Assembly (NCBI GenBank): GCA_963702475.1 | Contig: CAVPCT010000005.1 | Coordinates: forward strand, 192,001 to 256,000 | Direction: 5' to 3' | DNA: 64,000 nucleotides | DNA from: an uncultured Thermoleophilia bacterium | Lineage (GTDB): Bacteria > Actinomycetota > Thermoleophilia > UBA2241 | Shown: positions 59,307-64,000 of the stretch, in pieces | How the letters are laid out: each line of letters begins with the position of its first letter | Numbering within the stretch: the stretch's first letter is position 1 | Position numbers and translations under genes: made by a program | The notes under the pieces: model-generated | Seen by the model: the letters and a program-made list of their open reading frames with translations, nothing else | What the model was told of the DNA's origin: nothing | The model's database searches: none

Positions 59307-61794
59307 TCAGCGTGCCGTGAGCAGGGTCACACCGGGCACCTTCTGCGCGTTGCCGGACCTGTCGACTGCTGAGAACGTCAGCGTATACGCACCTGCCGCC
59401 GGCGCCTTCCAGGAGCACGTAGCCGTGGTCCCCTGCTTGACCCAACCCGGGGACAACGTCGTCAACTGCGTACCGGCGGCGTCGGTCACGCCGACGGTGA
59501 CCTTGACGGTCGCGCTGTAGGCGTCGCGGACGGTGTACGAGACCTTCGCGGTCTTGCCGGCCTTCACCGAGAGCGTCGAGGGCACCGTGAACTTCGGCGG
59601 CGTGAGGTCGACCGTGACCGGCACGCTGACGGCGCTGACGCCCTGGTTGCCGTCGGCCACGACCTTCAGGCGGTAGGCGCCGCTCACCGGCGCGCCGCCG
59701 CCCGACAGGGCACCGTCCCAGGCGGTGTTCTGGTCGCCCGCGGCGAGGGCGCCCAGATCGATGACCCTGACGGTCTCCTCACCCTTCAGCACGCGGACCT
59801 TCACGTCGGCCCGCCGCGTGAGCTTGAACGCCAGGGACGCCGCGTCCTTTACCCCGTCGCCGTTGGGCGAGAACGCCACCGGCTTGAGCACCGGGAACCC
59901 CAGCGTGCGGTCGACGGTCACACTGCGCCGCACGCTGTCGCTGTTCCCGGCCAGGTCGCGCATCTCCACGACGATGACGGTCTTGCCCTCGGGCGCGTCG
60001 ACAAGCTTGCCGTTGTCGTTCACGCGCCCGTCCCAGGAGACGGTCTTGCGCGCCGGGCCGATGCTGCGCCACGCGAGCACCGTGCGCACGACCCGGTCCT
60101 TGTCGTCCAGCACCGTGACCCGCGCAGTGCCGCTCTCGCCTGGCTGGAAGCTCACGCCGGCGACGTCGTCCTGGCCGTCGTCGTTGGGGCTGAAGGTGCC
60201 CGGCTCGACGGACGCGCTCTGGAGCTGCGGGGGCGTCGTGTCCACGCGCACGACCGCCGTCGCCGGCCGCGCGTCCCCGTGCCCATTGCCGGCGCTGAGC
60301 GTCAGCGTGTAGTCGCCATCCGGCACGATCCCGCCGTCGTTGTCGCGACCGGACCATGTGGTCTCCACCGCGGTGCCTGAGCCGCTCACACTGCGCACCA
60401 GGGCGTCGACCGCGTTGCGCACTTCAAGCTTCCAGTCGGCCTGCTCCGAGAGACGGCAGGTCAACGTGACCCCGTCGCGCACACCGTCGCCGCCGGGGCT
60501 GATGTACTCGTCGTCGAGATCGACGTCGTAGATCTTCGGCTGGCCCGTCGCCTCCACCGTCTTGCGGACGCCCGGAAGCAGCGCGTACAGCTTGTTGCCG
60601 GGGCACTCGGTGTAGTTGGCGTCGCGGTGGCCGGAGATCGCGGCGAAGCCGACCTTCTCGCCGCTGGAGAACTTCTCCCCGTAGCCGCACGTCAGCGTCG
60701 CCCGGCCCAGCGGGTCGATGTGGTGGACATCGAGCTTCCAGGCGAGGAGCGCCTCGAGCGCGCGCACCGAGACGGTGGTGGGCGCCGCCTTGCTGTACGT
60801 GCCGATCACCGACACGCCCACACTCCCCGTGTTGAAGCCCAGCACCTGCGCGCCGATCACGCCCTTCGTGATGCCACCGGACCGGCCCTCGTAGATGGTG
60901 CCGTACCGGTCGATGAGGAAGTTGTAGCCGATGTCGCTCCAGTGCAGCGAGCGCGTGTGGTAGTAGTACGCGCCGCGGACGACCGACGCCGCCTCGCCGC
61001 GCCCGTAGTCGTTGCCGCTGGCGGTGTGGTGGACGAAGGCCATCGTGGGGGTGGCGTAGTCCGGGGAACCGGTGCGGTACGACTCGTCGGCGCCCCACTC
61101 TTCGCGAGTCACGATCGCCGGCTTGTCGGTCATGGCCGCCGCCGGCGGAGCAAGCTGGAGACCGGCGATCGCGGCGACAGTGCGGCGCAGCACGCCGAGC
61201 ACGGTGGCGCCGGCGTCGGCGCGCTCGGTGCTGTCGATGGCCACCACGCGCACGTCGCGGAGGGCGGCCGGCGCAGCGGAGCCGTCCGCCGGCCGGGCCG
61301 CGATCTGCACGAAGCGCCCCGGACCCGTCCACAAGGCCTCGGTGAACGCCTGTGGCCTGCCCGCATCGCCGTCGGCCTGCACGTCCAGCGAAGTCGTGTA
61401 CCAGCGGCTCCAGGCGTCGCCGTCGAGGCTCGTGCGCAGATCGACGAGCACGCCGTCTGCGTGCTCGGGCACTGCGCACGTGACTCCGAGCATCGTGAAG
61501 CGCAGTCCCGCGTCGAGCGTGACGGCGGCAGCGCGCGGCGGGGGTAACACCGGCGCTTGCGGGCGCCGTCGCGTCATCCCGTACCGCCGCGCGTGCGCGA
61601 GGGACCGCCTGCTCCAGCGTGAGCCCGCCGGCGACCTGCAGCGTGGCCGCGTGTACCTGTGGCGTGCGCAGCCACGCGGCCACCGCGTCGCTCACGCGCG
61701 GCGCGCACCAGAGCGCGGCGAGCGCCGCCGTGAAGGTGAGGATGGAGACGGCCGCCGCACAGGCGACCCGCTTGTGGGATCGAGGTCTCGCCAT
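59307..61794 (-). CDS. N-acetylmuramoyl-L-alanine amidase (PGRP-like) with FlgD Ig-like domains, frameshifted at ~61540
   Basis: FVHHTA, WSDIGYNFLID, GHRD...CPG; repeated SPNGDG..D and W.G.....G FlgD-Ig motifs; signal peptide in another frame from ATG 61794. Confidence 0.85.
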
Positions 61795-62015
61795 GTCGGT
61801 TCCGGCAGACGTCAGCTTCGACAGGGTAGCACGGAATCCCCCGGGCACCGACCCGGCGGCCGTGAGTGGAGCGGCCACCGGCGGTGCGCCTCGAGGGCGT
61901 CCTGCCCCGCTGCCCAAGGAACGGACGGGGGCCGGAGCCCCTCAAGGGACGGCGGGCGGCGGGGCGCTCATGCGCCCCGCCGCCCGCCGGACCGCGCAAG
62001 TCCGAAGCCGCCGCG

Positions 62016-63437
62016 TCAGGAGACGGGTGCCTTCTCTTTGCGCGTCGCCTTGCGGATGGTGTTGGTGCGCGCCGGCGTCTCGGCCGGTTCTTCCTTCTCC
62101 GCACTCAGACAGCTCCAGATGGGGCTGTAGAGGTGGTCGACGGCGCTGGCATACTGGTCCAGCTCGTCCTGAAGGTCGGTGATCATGACGTCCCCGCCGG
62201 GGTGCGTGGGCTTCGCGCCGGTGGCGGCCACGATCTCACGCGCCTGCGTGGGATTGTCGATCCACATGCAGGGCATGAGCAGGTTGTGGTTGAACGGCTG
62301 CCGCGCGCGGATCTCCCGGAAGAAGTCCGAGTTGAACGCCTCGAGGAGGCTCACGTCGTGGATGTTGTCGGTGGCGAAGTGCGTGAAGATGCACGGCTCC
62401 ACCCAGCCGCCGCTGTTGATGTGCATGTAGTGCTTGCCGGCGATGCAGCCGTTCACCCAAGGAGCGTCGCCCCAGAAGTCGATCGGGAAGATCGGCTTGG
62501 TGTCGCGGATACGGTGGATGTCGATGCGGAACTGGTTCCGCTCCTCCGCCGTCAGCATCAGGCTGGTGTCGGGATCGCGACCCACCGGCATGTAGAGGAA
62601 ATGCCAAGCCAGCATGGCGCCCTTGGCGACGAGCGGGTCGATGAACTCGTCGCTCACTATGGCCTTCCACGTGTTGCGCGTCACCGTGCACGAGTAGCCG
62701 AACAACACGCCGGCCTCGCCCAGGTGATCCATGATCTCCATGACCTGGTCGTGTACGCCTTCGCCGCGACGCTGATCGGTGAGCTCCGGGGAGCCCTCGA
62801 GACTCAGCATGGGGGCGATATTGCCGATACGGGCCAGCTCGTCGATGGTGTCATGATCGAGAAGCGTGCCGTTGGTGAACACCTGGAAGTAGGCGTCCTT
62901 GTTCTCCTTGGCGAAGTCGAGCAGCTCGTCCCACATGAACGGCTCGCCGCCGAGCATGGTGAACAGGTAGACACCCATGTCGTTGCCCTCGTCCACGATC
63001 TTCTGCATCAGACGGCGGTCGAGGTCCTGGTCCATCTTGTATTCCGATGCGTAGCAGCCCTCACAGGTGAGGTTGCAGCGCATGGTGGGGCTCATGAGGA
63101 TCGTCGTCGGCGCATTGCAGCCCGTCGTGTCGATCAGTTCACGCCTCTTTGCCACGCCGCGAAGAAGAGTATTAACGATAAGACATTCGATGAAGCGGTC
63201 GCGGCAGCGCGGGCTGAGTCGGCTGGTGACGTGCTTGGCGATGGTGAGCGCCGGGTGGTCGTCCTGCACCTTCTCTGTGACGAAACGTACTGAGCCCTTG
63301 TACTGGTCGGGCGTGATCTTCTCCGCCAGGTTGAACGCCTTGACGATCTTGGTCTTGTCGTCGCTGGCGGCCAGCTTGAGCATCTGATTGACCACTTGCC
63401 TCTGTACCGTAGTGTAGAGGCCGTCCGTCCGGCTCAT
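62016..63437 (-). CDS. radical SAM protein (COG0535-like, resembles the membrane-spanning lipid synthase Mss family)
   Basis: CNLTCEGC, GGEP, FTNGTL, DFWGD...GCIAG..YMHIN..G.VEPC, PFNHNLLMPC..IDNP; AAGGAGG RBS. Confidence 0.85.
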   Translation of the reverse strand: MSRTDGLYTTVQRQVVNQMLKLAASDDKTKIVKAFNLAEKITPDQYKGSVRFVTEKVQDDHPALTIAKHVTSRLSPRCRDRFIECLIVNTLLRGVAKRRELIDTTGCNAPTTILMSPTMRCNLTCEGCYASEYKMDQDLDRRLMQKIVDEGNDMGVYLFTMLGGEPFMWDELLDFAKENKDAYFQVFTNGTLLDHDTIDELARIGNIAPMLSLEGSPELTDQRRGEGVHDQVMEIMDHLGEAGVLFGYSCTVTRNTWKAIVSDEFIDPLVAKGAMLAWHFLYMPVGRDPDTSLMLTAEERNQFRIDIHRIRDTKPIFPIDFWGDAPWVNGCIAGKHYMHINSGGWVEPCIFTHFATDNIHDVSLLEAFNSDFFREIRARQPFNHNLLMPCMWIDNPTQAREIVAATGAKPTHPGGDVMITDLQDELDQYASAVDHLYSPIWSCLSAEKEEPAETPARTNTIRKATRKEKAPVS

Positions 63438-63754
63438 TGATCTCCTCCTTTCACGCTTCTCCGCGCCCGTGCTCGGCGGACGCGAGGTTATCGGCCTCGT
63501 GGAGACCACGGTGAGGGGACGAGACGACGCAGCGTACTGCCGCTTGCCTCGGGACACCGGCTCCCCCCGGTGGTCTTCGAGCAACCATGCCCGACATCCT
63601 ATCACCCTCGCAGCGGGTGACGAAGGCTTTCGTGGTGTTGGGCACACTCTACTCCAGCGTCCCGGCCCCGCACGTCGGCCGTGCTGGCAACACTTCACTG
63701 GGACATTCGTCTATACGGCCCTCATGTTCATCGCGCATGCGGCCGATACCGCCT

Positions 63755-63835
63755 ATCGACAAAGGCAAACCTGTCGTGAGGCAGGGACGCAAAGCCAGAG
63801 GTCTTGAAGTGCTCAAGATAGCTCGGTTGCCGGTT
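63755..63835 (+). ncRNA. c-di-GMP-I (GEMM-I) riboswitch
   Basis: GGCAAAC-CTGTC-GTGA-GGCAG-GGACGCAAAGCC...TCTTGA/TCAAGA..TAGC..GGTTGCCG matches P1-P2-P3 with a GNRA loop. G at the Vc2 G20-equivalent position indicates c-di-GMP rather than cGAMP. Confidence 0.9.
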
Positions 63836-63962
63836 CTGACCAGCTCCGCGATCGCGGATGTCTTCGTCTGCCTTCAACCCCTGGCCGCCGTTCCCGCCTC
63901 ACGTCTGAGCTGAGTCCACCGGGCGCCGCCGGACGCGCCCTGGAGACAGAGGGGGTACCGCA

Positions 63963-64000
63963 GTGAAGGCCAGACTCAGATGCGTCAGGTGGCTGCTCCT
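63963..64000 (+). CDS. start of a gene downstream of the riboswitch (truncated, signal-peptide-like)
   Basis: GAGGGGG RBS, GTG AAG GCC AGA CTC AGA... basic then hydrophobic. Confidence 0.35.
   Translation, partial: MKARLRCVRWLL

Overview
A 64-kb, very GC-rich chromosomal segment. Gene content suggests an anaerobic or microaerophilic actinobacterium, probably Thermoleophilia-like (inference only). Housekeeping and accessory genes include an exonuclease-fused DinG, hisG, pstSCAB-phoU, RNase J, an ABC-F ATPase, a MutY-like glycosylase, a MntA/HepT toxin-antitoxin pair, a corrinoid protein with an MtaA-family partner, and an ~8-kb arsenic island (arsR, arsM, arsP, acr3, thioredoxins, ccdA). The most interesting part is 52-64 kb. 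(i) Three small proteins (44-51 aa) missing from the ORF track are expressed from two architecturally identical sigma70 promoters, each overlapped by a TGTGA-N6-TCACA-type operator. (ii) They converge on a PlsA/PlsR (Ger)-like ether-lipid reductase pair. (iii) An Mss-like radical SAM gene with a structured 5' leader lies nearby. (iv) A c-di-GMP-I riboswitch sits at the window end. Five genes carry frameshifts in GC-rich or homopolymer tracts, probably assembly errors, and three isolated 3' gene stubs look like deletion scars. No rRNA, tRNA, CRISPR array or transposase was seen. All family calls come from motif recognition by eye; no database searches were run.
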